A stretch of DNA of 53,467 nucleotides, taken from the NCBI RefSeq assembly GCF_001194135.2, contig NC_069000.1:37539318-37592784 (forward strand), in the 5' to 3' direction. Both the position numbers and the translations under genes were made by a program. Below are positions 24,550-36,998 of this stretch, piece after piece. Source of the stretch: Octopus bimaculoides (Eukaryota). A model generated the notes under the pieces. That model was not told the DNA's origin. It ran no database searches and saw nothing but the letters and a program-made list of their open reading frames with translations. How positions within the stretch are numbered: position 1 is the stretch's first letter; every line of letters starts with the position of its first letter.

Positions 24550-27500
24550 NNNNNNNNNNNNNNNNNNNNNNNNNNNNNNNNNNNNNNNNNNNNNNNNNNN
24601 NNNNNNNNNNNNNNNNNNNNNNNNNNNNNNNNNNNNNNNNNNNNNNNNNNNNNNNNNNNNNNNNNNNNNNNNNNNNNNNNNNNNNNNNNNNNNNNNNNNN
24701 NNNNNNNNNNNNNNNNNNNNNNNNNNNNNNNNNNNNNNNNNNNNNNNNNNNNNNNNNNNNNNNNNNNNNNNNNNNNNNNNNNNNNNNNNNNNNNNNNNNN
24801 NNNNNNNNNNNNNNNNNNNNNNNNNNNNNNNNNNNNNNNNNNNNNNNNNNNNNNNNNNNNNNNNNNNNNNNNNNNNNNNNNNNNNNNNNNNNNNNNNNNN
24901 NNNNNNNNNNNNNNNNNNNNNNNNNNNNNNNNNNNNNNNNNNNNNNNNNNNNNNNNNNNNNNNNNNNNNNNNNNNNNNNNNNNNNNNNNNNNNNNNNNNN
25001 NNNNNNNNNNNNNNNNNNNNNNNNNNNNNNNNNNNNNNNNNNNNNNNNNNNNNNNNNNNNNNNNNNNNNNNNNNNNNNNNNNNNNNNNNNNNNNNNNNNN
25101 NNNNNNNNNNNNNNNNNNNNNNNNNNNNNNNNNNNNNNNNNNNNNNNNNNNNNNNNNNNNNNNNNNNNNNNNNNNNNNNNNNNNNNNNNNNNNNNNNNNN
25201 NNNNNNNNNNNNNNNNNNNNNNNNNNNNNNNNNNNNNNNNNNNNNNNNNNNNNNNNNNNNNNNNNNNNNNNNNNNNNNNNNNNNNNNNNNNNNNNNNNNN
25301 NNNNNNNNNNNNNNNNNNNNNNNNNNNNNNNNNNNNNNNNNNNNNNNNNNNNNNNNNNNNNNNNNNNNNNNNNNNNNNNNNNATGTATTTGTATTTATGT
25401 ACTTGAGTATATTCCACCGATGAAGGCAAAGCATTATTATTTATGCAAAGCCAGAAATCCAGGATCTGGAATTATCTTATTTTTACTGGTTTATTTAGTC
25501 TTCGTCTTTGCTACTCGTGCTATGTGGACATTTATTGTGGTTTTTAGAGTCAGGATTTGACTGCTATTTTTCAGCGTGGTGGCATCTCTTAGATACCCTG
25601 TATTATAATTTTAAATAATTTATATATATATATATATATTCATCACCATCATATCACATTATGTCTGTTTTTCTATTTTGGCATGAGGTTTTTTTGACAT
25701 CTATTTTATGAGTTTCTGCATTCTAAGACCAAACCTTACCACTTCTCACATTTTGTCGGGGAGCAGAAGCCGGGTGTGTGGGGGAAGATCCCTACTCAGC
25801 AGGCTCCCACCACTTGCATCATTTGACACTTTGTCATGCATAGTCTGCGAGAAGGAAGAGTGTGTTCTGTTACAGACATGTACCAGATATCCATATCAAT
25901 GCAGTCTTTTCCCCAACACATTACAACAATACCCCTCATGATGCCCAGTTTTTCTCTTAGCTCACTCTTGCTTCTTGCATTACACACCCTTCTTCACTTG
26001 GAGAGAGAAAAACAGGGCTACTATGCATTTTTTTAAAGCCACATCTGCCTGCCCCCTACTGCTAATTAGGTTACCTAGGTAACAGAAGCCATCAGCGACA
26101 ACCAGCGAGTATTCTGGGTACTTAAAAGACTTCAGTTTTTGAGAATTTTGCTTTTGTATTTTGTTTGTAAGAATTTTGATGTGAACTCCTGTGTTGAAGC
26201 AGATTTTGCTGTATATCAGAATAGAGGTGGGTGGTTATTGTTGCCAATATCTATGTTGATAAATAAATTATAGCTAATTAAAAGACAAACAGGTCTGAAG
26301 CTGACATGGAGCGGAGAGGGTCTGTCACCAAAGAGGTCAGTTATAAATGGCACTGGATAGACTTTGATAAACATCACCAATTGATTAAGCCTTTTGCATT
26401 TAAACTGGCTATATCCAGTCAAAATATTCTATATGTTTTATGTTCAAACCAGATAGGCCTGGCCTCTTGCACCTACCCTACAATGTCATTCTAAAAAATA
26501 AACAGTCATGTCAACAAAGTCTCAAAATCACAAGATAATGTATGATCAATTCAAAGCATTGTGAATAAATATGGGATACATTTAACAGAGTAATCTAAAT
26601 GCTAAGGAGTGAATTACCTTGCATTCGATTGGTTACAAACATAAATAAGGGTTCTAGTTGATCTGGTCACTGGAACAGCTTGCTCATGAAATTAACATGC
26701 AAATGGCTGAGCTCTCCACAGACATGGGTACCCTTAATGTAGTTCTCAGGGAGATTCAGTATGACACCGAATGTGATAAGGCTGACCCTTTTGAAATACA
26801 GGTACTACTCATTTTTGCCTGCTGAGTGGACTGGAGCAACATGAAATAAAGTGTCTTGCTCAAGGACACAACATGCCACCGGGAACCAAACTCACGACCT
26901 TACAGCCATGAAATACCTCTAACCACTAAGCCACTGAATGATTGACCAGACAATCAATTAGTTAATTAGTTAAGTACTTAACTAATAATTGAATAATGAA
27001 GAAGTGCAACGAACCAGAGCATGTGTCTTTTTTTAGCTGCTTTTATTCTTCACTATTCCTGTACATCTAATACCTATAATGTTCTCCACTTTTATCATAA
27101 CTGAAATGTTACCACACCTTAGTGCATCCATAATTATCAATGAGTATACAGTATAAAGTTTCTACTTACACCTTTTCTGAATATCAAATATAGCCGTTTC
27201 CTAAATGTCAAAAGAAGAAAAAGGGATTGTGGGTTTTTTTTCTTTCCCTTGTAAACTAAAGCTTTTATCTTCCACTAAGTTGACCTTTAGACCCTTTCAT
27301 TCCAGGCTTTAAAATTCTTCCCCTAATTCTTCGACTGATTCAGTTTTTAACGACTGGGTCTTGTTTTGTTGTTCCTTCTGTCATGTTAATGTTACACTTG
27401 TTCTCTATACCTAAAGGCTTGGCATGTGATAATACTGGGAGTTGATTGTGAAGACTGTGTACATAGTGATTCATGATAATGAAATGAAATTAATTTGCTT

Positions 27501-27808
27501 AGAATTTGCACTACGAGGCCTCGAAGCACTGTTTTTGGCTGGTGACGTAAAGTTATGAGTAAGGTGTTTGTTTTTGTTCAGTTTCTTTTTCTAATTATAG
27601 CAAACTACTTACCTTATTGTTTTTGATTTTGTTATGATGTGTGGCGGTGTGGTTAAGAAGTGTGCTTTCCAACCACATAATTTCAGGTTCAGTCCCACTG
27701 CATGGCACCTTGGGTGAGTGTTTCCTACTACAGCCCTGTGCCAACCAAAGCTTTGTATTTGGTAGATGGAAACTGAAACAAGCCTACCATACCAAGTGTG
27801 TGTGTGTG

Positions 27809-27844
<36 letters not shown>

Positions 27845-28124
27845 TATGTGTGTGTGTGTGTGTGAGTGTTTCTCTTGGCATCAGGCAGTACTGGCAATGG
27901 CCATGCTCAAATGGTGTTTTATGTGCCACCTGCACAAGAGCCACTCCAGCGACACTGGCAACAACCTTGCTCGAATATTGTTTTTCACGTGCCACCGGCA
28001 CAAGTGCCAGTAAGGCAACGCTGGTAATGATCACACTCAAATGGTGCATTTTACGCGCCACCGGCATGGGAGCTAGTCAGCGGCCCTGGCAATGATCACA
28101 CTTGGATGGTGCTCTTAGCGCTCC

Positions 28125-28738
28125 ACTTAGTTAAGTAACTGTTTTGAACAGATGAGATGGTTTTCCTGTGACTTTGCAGGCACAAATTGGCCTTTCCACA
28201 TTACATAGGACTTGTATCAAATGTCACGACGTATCACAGTTCTGTTAGTCCACTCTGACACCTGAAGTTCTTTAGTAATGGACCTCATTGATATTCTGGG
28301 GGTTTCATCGATAATGTTTTGAACATGTATAAAGTCCAGTGTCCTTTTATTTAGTGTCTGAGTGTTGTGAGTGTTTTTTGCCTCTTTGATACAGGCCATG
28401 CTGGAGCACCGCCTTTAGTCGAGAAAATCGACCCCAGGACTTATTCTTTGTAAGCCTAGTACTTATTCTATCGGTCTCTTTTTGCCGAACCGCTAAGTTA
28501 CGGGGATGTAAACACACCAGCATCACATGCCTCCAATTCCAACCGAACTTTGTGTACAAATGATCTTGTGAGATTTAGAAAGTTGCTAATTTCTAAATTA
28601 TTGTGGTTTGCATGTTTTTTCATTTCTTAAGTTAGCATGATATCTTGAAAGGGTTATCTAAAAAAAAAAAGATACATTAAATAATTTGAAGGTGTAATGC
28701 ACTAAAAACGAAATGCCCTCAAATACCTCTGGTACCCT

Positions 28739-28740
<2 letters not shown>
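28125..28740 (-). mobile_element. Tc1/mariner-superfamily transposon 5' part (HTH remnant), interrupted by SINE-B
   Basis: KRTLDFIHVQNIIDETPRISMRSITKELQVSEWTNRTVIRRDI followed by YKSYVMWKGQF. Terminus acagggta next to (TA)n. Confidence 0.75.
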
Positions 28741-28784
<44 letters not shown>

Positions 28785-28786
28785 TG

Positions 28787-29087
28787 AGGGTGATAAATTG
28801 AATATTAATTTCAATTTAAAGCCAGTGGTCTAGCATATAAAAAAAATCTGATAATTCAGAAAAATTGTATTACATGCGTATAAGAAACGATGAACCATAG
28901 GTCAACTATACACGAATTGTCTACTTAAAATTAGACGTGCGTACAGTTCTACCGATTACATTGGGGATATTTTCAAAATGTCTCAGCTCTGGTGCGCTAA
29001 ACTCCGGAAATAGTTATTTTATATATTTTTCATTTTGTCCTGCCCGCCTAAGCTGTGTATATTTGCTGAATTTTTTCTGGAGAACAT
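28787..29087 (+). repeat. Second copy of the 4381-4823 repeat family, inserted between (TA)n tracts
   Basis: Shared blocks agggtgataaattgaatattaat..., aactatacacgaattgtc...gttctaccgattacattgggg and the end ctggagaac. Confidence 0.65.
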
Positions 29088-29175
29088 TATATATATCTAT
29101 GTATATATATGTATGTATATGTATGTATGTATGTATCTATCTATCTATATATATATACATATATATGTATGTATG

Positions 29176-29210
<35 letters not shown>

Positions 29211-29322
29211 ATATATATATATANNNNNNNNNNNNNNNNNNNNNNNNNNNNNNNNNNNNNNNNNNNNNNNNNNNNNNNNNNNNNNNNNNNNNNNNNNNNN
29301 NNNNNNNCTTTATGACTTAAAG

Positions 29323-29638
29323 CAGTGATTCTCAACCCTTTTTTGCCTATGGACCCCTTTGATTCTTATTTTATTCGGATGGACCTCTATAGCCATTTGA
29401 AGTATATAAAAAAAAAATCCTATTCTATTTTTATAATTAAATGTTATTAAGAATTGTATTAAAAAAAATTAAAATATTTTGTGTATTGTAGACATATAAG
29501 CAATTTGTTGCACATAAATTTTAACAGCAAAGTCTTATATGGACCCCCAAGGGCCACATGGACCACCAAGGGCCATATGGACCACCAAGGGCCATATGGA
29601 CCACCAAGGGCCATATGGAGTCCACTTGAGAACCACTG
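29323..29638 (-). mobile_element. Uninterrupted hAT MITE (same family) with 4 x 19-bp internal tandem repeat (29541-29616)
   Basis: TIRs cagtgattctcaa...ttgagaaccactg. Unit ggaccaccaagggccatat. Confidence 0.85.
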
Positions 29639-29715
29639 ACCCACTGATTTAAACTTTCGTCCTACGAGCCTACGATACATCACACTGCATGGAGCTGAGT
29701 TCAAATAATATACAA

Positions 29716-29936
29716 GGCAGCGAGCTAGCAGAATCGTCAGCATGCTGGGCAAAATGCTAAGTGGCATTCCGCCCATCTTTACATTCTGAGTTCAAATTCC
29801 ACCGAGGTCAACTTTGCCTTTCATATTTCCAGGGTCGATGAAATAAGTACCAGTTGAGCACTGGGGTCGATGTAATTGATTAGTTTCCCCTCCCCCAAGA
29901 ATTTCAGGCCTTGTGCCTATAGTAGAAAGGGTTATT
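29716..29936 (+). mobile_element. SINE family A, full-length (tail type 2)
   Basis: Head aggcagcgagctagcaga, core, and tail ccccaagaatttcaggccttgtgcctatagtagaaagg. Confidence 0.85.
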
Positions 29937-30171
29937 AAATAATATAGGCACANNNNNNNNNNNNNNNNNNNNNNNNNNNNNNNNNNNNNNNNNNNNNNNN
30001 NNNNNNNNNNNNNNNNNNNNNNNNNNNNNNNNNNNNNNNNNNNNNNNNNNNNNNNNNNNNNNNNNNNNNNNNNNNNNNNNNNCACCTTGGGCAAGTGTCT
30101 TCCTCGGGCCGACAAAAGCCTTGTGAGTGGATTTGGTAGATGGAAACTGAAAGAAGCCCATCGTATATATG

Positions 30172-30202
<31 letters not shown>

Positions 30203-32762
30203 TTGTGTGTCTGTGTTTGTCCCCCACTATCGCTTGACAACCGGTGCTGGTGTGTTTACATCCCCGTAACTTAGCGGTTCGGCAAAAAGAGACCGATAGA
30301 ATAAGTACTAGGCTTACAAAGAATAAGTCCTGGGGTCGATTTTCTCGACTAAAGGCGGTGCTCCAGCATGGCCACAGTCAAATGACTGAAACAAGTAAAA
30401 GAATAAAAGAGTAACTCCAACCAAACGTGTCAAGTGCCACTTTCTTTTTGTTTGTACACACACTTATATATTGGAAGTAAGTTTCATTATCTTTTCTTTA
30501 TGATCTCATTCATAATCCATATTAAACATCGAAAATGTGATATGAAAACTAAAGGCCAAAATTACAAAAATAACCTGCATTTGAAAACTTGCTTTATACA
30601 CATAAAGCTGGAATTTACTTGTCTGCATCTCTGGTATCTAACTGCTATGATTATTGTAAGGGAGATAACTGGAGGAAAAATACCAAATACGAAATTTTTT
30701 TTTATCCCTCTACAAAAATACATTGTCTCAGATTTATAAAACTTTCAGGATTCAAATCTAAATTTAATTCTTTTCAGAAAGGATATTCTCAGGTGGAAGA
30801 AAACATTATGAGTAACAAGTTTTGTTAGTTTAAATTCTTTGGAAAGCAAGAAGGCATAGACTATTTTGCTATTTTTCAATCAATTTATTAGTAAAATGAA
30901 CAGGTACCATGCAGTGGGACTGAACCCAAAACCATGTGGTAGGGAAGAAAGGTTCTTACCACACAGCCACACATGTACTTATATAATATATATAAAAATA
31001 TATTCAGTTGCAGATTCGCTAGAATTTAGGCATTTTAACATGTAGGATGCCAGGAAAGGCCAGGTACAGGGCTTGCAATATTTGCTTGCTATTTGCTGGT
31101 TGTATGCTGCAAGTATGATCATATGCATCTACGCATCTATCCATATATAACTGCACATAGACAAATGTATATATACATATATAGGTATTGGATCCTAAAC
31201 AAATGTATTTAAAACCAACCTAGTGGGTGGTTACAAGTGTAGTGCATGTATAACAGAAGAAAACAAGTGGTTCTTCCTTATGTATGTATGTATGTAAGGT
31301 ATGTATGTGTGCATTTATGCATGTATGTGTATGTGTGTGAATCTGTGTGTATGTATGTACATATGTATGTATGTTTGTATGCATGTATGTATGTATGTAC
31401 GTATGTATGTATGTATGTATGCAAGAATGTGTGTATGTATGTGTATATGTAATTGTATGTGTGTATGTATATATGTATGCATGCGTTTATATATGTATAT
31501 GTATATATGTATGTATGTATGTGTGTGTGTGAGTATGTATGTATGTATGTATACATGTGTACATGTGTGTGTGTGAGTATGTATGTATGTATTGTTACAA
31601 TTTATCAATTGAACATGCTTTCCACCTCCTCAATCACATAAAGAGAAATATACTTACACACATAGAGAGAGAAAGAGAGAGAAGATACAGAGAGAGATAG
31701 AGAGAGAGAGAAAGAGAGAGAGAGTAATGAGAAAGAGAAAGACGAAGAGGAAAGGAAAGAGAGAACAAGAGACGCATTAAAACATCTGATGTCCAATAAG
31801 TCAACATGTAATCAGCGATGCTAAATAGTTGACACCCAAAGCATCTGTGCCATTATAAGTGCCATGGCACATCTCCTGTGGGGCAGTGCATTTTCTAGTT
31901 TGTCTGCTGGAATCATGAGACAGTCTGAATTACAGGAAATTGTGCAATATGGCATCATGTGAAAACACCTGTGTGGCATCACGTAAAAGTGTCCATGTAG
32001 TGCCACATGAAGCACACATGTGGTACCATGTAAAAGCACTCAGCTCAATCTGTTAAGTGGTTGGTGTTAAGAAGGGCATCCAGCCGTAGAAGCCATGCCA
32101 AATCAAACTGGAGTCTGGTGCAGCTCCCCAGCTTGCCAGCCCTGGTCAAACCGTCCTACCCATGCCAGCATGGACAACAGACGTTAAATGATGATGATGT
32201 ACATAACTCTCCTTAGCTTTTAGCATGCTGCATTTTCTCTAGAATTGTTTCCCCTGCCACTGCCCTGTTACTACAAGGGAGAAAACTCATGCAGTGATAT
32301 GCTACACCTGCAGGGTGCTAAAGGTAAATGTAAAATTACCCCCGACAGAGGTAAAATAGTTGAATGACTGCAGTACAATGTGACATTACAACAAGAGACT
32401 GTTTCTTCTCAATTGTTGTTTCTTGTCTCTCTTCAACCTTTTAGCATTCAGATTAATCTCTCATTTGTCGTTCTTATTTATTTACATTGCTTTGAATTAA
32501 TTATGCATTATCTCATAGCTTTGAGATTTCAATGATGTGATTATTTTTTTAGAATGACATTGTAGGATAGGTGTAAGAGGTCGGATCTAGCTGGTTTGAA
32601 CATGAAAACAAATAGAGTATTTGGACCAGATATGGCCAGTTTAATCCTTTTGTGTTTAAGCTGGCCATATCCAACCCAGATATTTGTTCTGTTTTAAGTT
32701 CAAACTGGCCACATCCATCCACTCACACCTAGCCTCTAATATCATTCTATTAATAAACAATA

Positions 32763-33181
32763 GGCGTAGGAGTGACTGTGTGGTAAGTAGCTTGCTTACC
32801 AACCACATGGTTCCAGGTTCAGTCCCACTGTGTGGCATCTTGGGCAAGTGTCTTCTACTATAGCCTTGGGCCGACCAAAGCTTTATGAGTGGATTTGGTA
32901 GACGGAAACTGAAAGAAGCCTGTCGTATATATGTATATATATGTGTATGTATGTATGTGTGTGTATATGTTTGTGTGTCTGTGTTTGTCCCCCCCAACAT
33001 CGCTTGACAACCAATGCTGATGTGTTTACATCCCCGTAACTTAGCGGCTTGGCAAAAGAGACCGATGGAATAAGTACTAGGCTTACAAAGAATAAGTCCT
33101 GGAGTCGATTTGCTCGACTAAAGGCGGTGCTCCAGCATGGCCACAGTCAAATAACTGAAACAAGTAGAAGAGTAAAAGAGT
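32763..33181 (+). mobile_element. SINE family B (tRNA-like head, central (TA/GT)n, A-core-like tail), near full-length
   Basis: ggcgtaggagtgactgtgtggtaag...ggttcagtcccactg...ccttgggcaagtgtc... through gctccagcatggccacagtcaaataactgaaacaagtagaagagtaaaag. Inserted into a piggyBac-like MITE. Confidence 0.88.
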
Positions 33182-33377
33182 AATCACATCATCAAAATCT
33201 CGAAATTATGAGATAATGCACGATTAATTCAAAAGAATATAAATAATTAAGCATTACATTATAACAAAGTAATCCAAAACACTAAAGGGTTAATTTTATA
33301 TGCACTTAATAAAGCATGAAATATACTTATAAAACAATTTAAAATTCATAAGCACCAAAATCAACCTGTATTTCTAG

Positions 33378-33516
33378 GTTACTTTCCAGAATGTTGTCGC
33401 TGCAACAAATAGATCTGTACATGACTGTATGAGTGATATATCAACTGGTTCATCAAACAATGACAGTGGCCGAGGATGGAGTGATGCAGATGCTGGAACT
33501 GTGCAAGAACTGCAGA
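33378..33516 (+). CDS. Protocadherin coding exon 2 (cytoplasmic): VTFQNVVAATNRSVHDCMSDISTGSSNNDSGRGWSDADAGTVQELQ
   Basis: Acceptor tatttctag|GTT and donor CAGA|GTAAGC. The 139-nt exon is open in phase 0, matching exon 1, and ends in phase 1, matching exon 3. It contains DSGRGWSD (33462-33485), which resembles the DSGxGxS cytoplasmic motif of protocadherins. Confidence 0.88.
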
Positions 33517-33547
33517 GTAAGCAAACTTCTCTGACCTCTGCACGATT

Positions 33548-33578
<31 letters not shown>

Positions 33579-33599
33579 TCTTGAAATAGCAATTCACAT

Positions 33600-34237
33600 A
33601 ATCTTTTATCTTTTATCTTTTACTTGTTTCAGTCATTAGACTACGGTTATGCTGGGGCACTGCCTTGAAAAATTCTTAGTCGAATGAATAGTCCCCAGTA
33701 CTTTTTTTCTTTTTAAGTCTGGTACTTATTCTATTTAGTGGAGGTGCAATGGACTAGTGGTTAGGGCAGCAGACTCGCGGTCATAGGATCACGGTTTCAA
33801 TTCCCAGACAGGGCATTCTGAGTGTTTATTGAGCGAAAACACCTAAGGCTCCACGAGGCTCCGACAGGGGATGGTGGCGAACCCTGCTGTACTCTTTCAC
33901 CACAACTTTCTCTCACTCTTACTTCCTGTTTCTGTTGTCCCTGTAATTCAAAGGGTCAGCCTTGTCACACTCTGTGTCACGCTGAATATCCCCGAGAACT
34001 ACGTTAAGGGTACACGTGTCTGTGGAGTGCTCAGCCACTTGCACGTTAATTTCACGAGCAGGCTGTTCCGTTGATCGGATCAACTGGAACCCTCGACGTC
34101 GTAAGCGACGGAGTGCCAACAATTATTCTATTGGTCACTTTTGCCAAACTGCTGAGTCATGGGGGATGTAAACACACCGATGCTTGTTGTCAAATGGTGG
34201 TGGGGGGACCGAACACAAAACAAAAGTCGCACACATA
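33600..34237 (-). mobile_element. SINE family B tail interrupted by a family C SINE
   Basis: B sequence resumes after 34122. The insertion duplicated ttattctatt (33726-33735 and 34123-34132). Confidence 0.82.
33736..34122 (+). mobile_element. SINE family C, full-length, young, with a 10-bp TSD
   Basis: tRNA-like head gtggaggtgcaatggactagtggttagggcagcagactcgcggtcataggatcacggtttcaattccc, tail ...ggagtgccaacaa, and TSD. Confidence 0.88.
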
Positions 34238-34460
34238 GCTACATAAAACCAGTGTTGGTTTGTTTATGTCCCCGTAACTTAGTGATTCAGCAAAAGAGAG
34301 CCACTAGAATAAGTAGCAGGTTTAAGAAAGAAATAAGGCAGTGCCCCAGCATGGCCACAGTTCAATGATTGGAAGCAAATAGAGGATAAACATAAAGGAT
34401 TAATCCTCTTTGGCCAACTCATCAGTTTTTTCCTCACAGCATGCCTAAGTCTACTGTTAG

Positions 34461-34730
34461 TCTTTTAATGTCCAGACACTTTCCGCCAAGGTCGACTTTG
34501 CCTTTCATTCTTTCGGGGTCAATAAATTAAGTACCAGTTGCGTACTGGGGTCGATCTAATTGACTGGTCACCCTCCCCAAAAATTTTGGGCCTTGTGCCT
34601 AGAGCATAAAAGAATATCCAAACACTTTCCGCTGAAGTCGACTTTGCCTTTCATCCTTTCAGGGTCAATAAATTAAGTACCAGTTGCATTCTGGGGTCGA
34701 TCTAATCGACTGGCCACCCTCCCCAAAAAA
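34461..34730 (+). mobile_element. Two tandem 5'-truncated SINE-A cores
   Basis: Both begin tcca(g/a)acactttccgc followed by the core. Confidence 0.8.
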
Positions 34731-35312
34731 TCAACCAGGCTCACCTCTTATGTCCATTTTATACCTGTTACAGCCCACATCCAACTTATTCCTCTCCAAT
34801 CATAGTCTTTTTTTCTTTCAGTGTCATATCAATTCCTTGTAGCTTTGTGGGTTGGTTCTTTTGATTCCTGGATCGGAAAGTGCATTGTTTCCTTGAGCAA
34901 AACACTTCATTTCGCATTGCTCCAGTTAGCTCAGCCATAAATGAGTAGCCTTGTTAAGGACTGGCTTTCCATTAAGAAAGAACATTGTAACTTTGGTTAC
35001 TTACATACCATGGAAACTAAGCAACCAGCCTCATGAGTTCTTGGACTGAAGACAGAAATGTTCAGGGGTACTTACTACTACCACTTAGCCAGTTTTCTGG
35101 CATGAGGTTTTGTCAAATTCCTTTTATAGGTGGAGCATGATAACATTGTCTGTGTTCCAGCCCTGAGGTTGATATCTCCCTCTGTGCTTATATCAATATT
35201 TTTCAGTCATTGTTATTGTGTAGACCCAGGTCAACTCTGGTTAAACAATCATTTAATTAAAGCATTTCAACCTTACCCATCCTACTATTATATGAAGTGT
35301 ATATATGTATGT

Positions 35313-35344
<32 letters not shown>

Positions 35345-35510
35345 ACATGTACACACATGTACACACACAAACGCACGCATACACTGAATATAATTTTCAT
35401 CAGAAAAACTTTGCTATACAATAAGTTCAATTAGCAAACTCTTTGTACATACTCTCCCAAGCACTCTAAACACACATTGTCTATTCATGGTTGTTCATAT
35501 TTTAGCTAAC

Positions 35511-35990
35511 TACAAGGTGTTCAAGCTAAATTCGACAGTTTGCATAAAAGGAAAAGAAAACACAATATTCCATCCAAAAATAAAAGTTTTTTTTTTTAAA
35601 TCAAAACATATCAGCTATATTATGGCTGGAAGAAAACGGTTTACTCAATGTAACCTGCTCTCAGCTTCCACCATGGCTTCAAGATGCTCTGGAATTTGGC
35701 ACATGCATTCCTTGTTGTGTCACTGGGAGGATCTTAAAACGCCTCCTTGATCTTGGCCTCGGTGTTGCAGGAACAGGGTTTGGTGTATTTCTCAACTAGA
35801 CTCCACACATAGGGATCCATGGAATTACAATATGAGGAACCAGGAGGCCTGAAATTGGAATTGGTAAATTCAGAGAAATCTTCTTACAAACACTTTTGAC
35901 TCTTGCTGGAGGAATGGCAAAGAACCAAATCCTTGAGCAGCAATGCTCTCCAGCTAGGGTTTGACCACAGACTCCAACAGCTTCACACAG
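35511..35990 (-). mobile_element. Tc1/mariner-superfamily transposase C-terminal remnant plus right TIR
   Basis: Decayed KLLESVVKP...PPGSSYCNSMDPYVWSLVEK...RNACAKFQS. End tacaaggtgttcaagctaaattcgac. Confidence 0.75.
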
Positions 35991-36998
35991 TCGTTTGGAT
36001 TGAGCCCTAAGGCCTTGTTCATCAGTTGTTGGAAGAATTCTGACCAGCAGACACAGTCAGAACACCTGTTGTGTACCTTTCTGATGACCATGGCTTTGTA
36101 ATCTCCATTGCAGCTATCCTTGTCACATCTTATTGTCTCTACAGTGTTTACAAGTATTGAGCACTAGTTGTGTTGGCATTTTGGCACCCAACAGGCATCA
36201 TTGTGTGATACAGGTAACTCTTTTCTAATATTCATATGGCTTCCAATCCTCCATGTCAGCTAACTCTCTCTCTCAACGACATCTTTAATATGGAAACTAA
36301 AAGAGGCAGCACATATGCTAGGACACAACAACCTCCTAAGCAGACCTAGTGCAGATATGAATAGAACCTGTGAACCAGTATTAAGGAAGGATACAAAAAT
36401 ATTAGGTTTATAAGCCCTAAAATTCACTCTATAATTGCCCATGGGCATATAGCATAATGGTTAAGAATGCTAGATACTAACCCCAAGATTGTGAGTTCAA
36501 TTCCAGGCAGTGCCTTGAATAAATAATAATAATAATAATAATACCTTAGGAATGAGAACTCGGGGTTGGGTTCAAAATTCTACCAGGAGGCTGGAGAGTA
36601 AATCAGCTGAAGCGTTGTGGTAACAACAAACAAGATGAGGACACATATCTGTCAAATGTAAATAATGTACCGAATTCCTCATCTCTAAAATATAGAACAG
36701 CATCTTTAATCTTTATGCTCTCCAACACTGTTGACAATTCACCAATACGTCAAGCTGTTCTTGAAGGAAAAAAAGAGGAGACATATGAATATCATCAAAT
36801 TTAGCCTGAACACCCATGGATTCTAAGTCACATGCATGTATAATCTGCTTGTTGCTTGTTGATCAAATTTCAGCAAGCTGAGTATATCTTCAGAAAAACA
36901 GATTCCTATTCAATCTGTTCGTTGAGAGAACCGTTTATATATGGGTGTCCCATTCTATTGAAACCAGACTGACCTGCAGAAAACTGACTTTAGATTAA

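Noticed and set aside
4824-25382. A second protocadherin ectodomain exon hidden in the gaps
   Set aside because: All gaps are under 0.9 kb as sized, and no cadherin motifs flank them. This is not excluded if gap sizes are badly underestimated.
33738-33810. SINE heads (families A-D) as tRNA genes
   Set aside because: They have A/B-box similarity but no complete cloverleaf, and each continues into a repeated body and tail.
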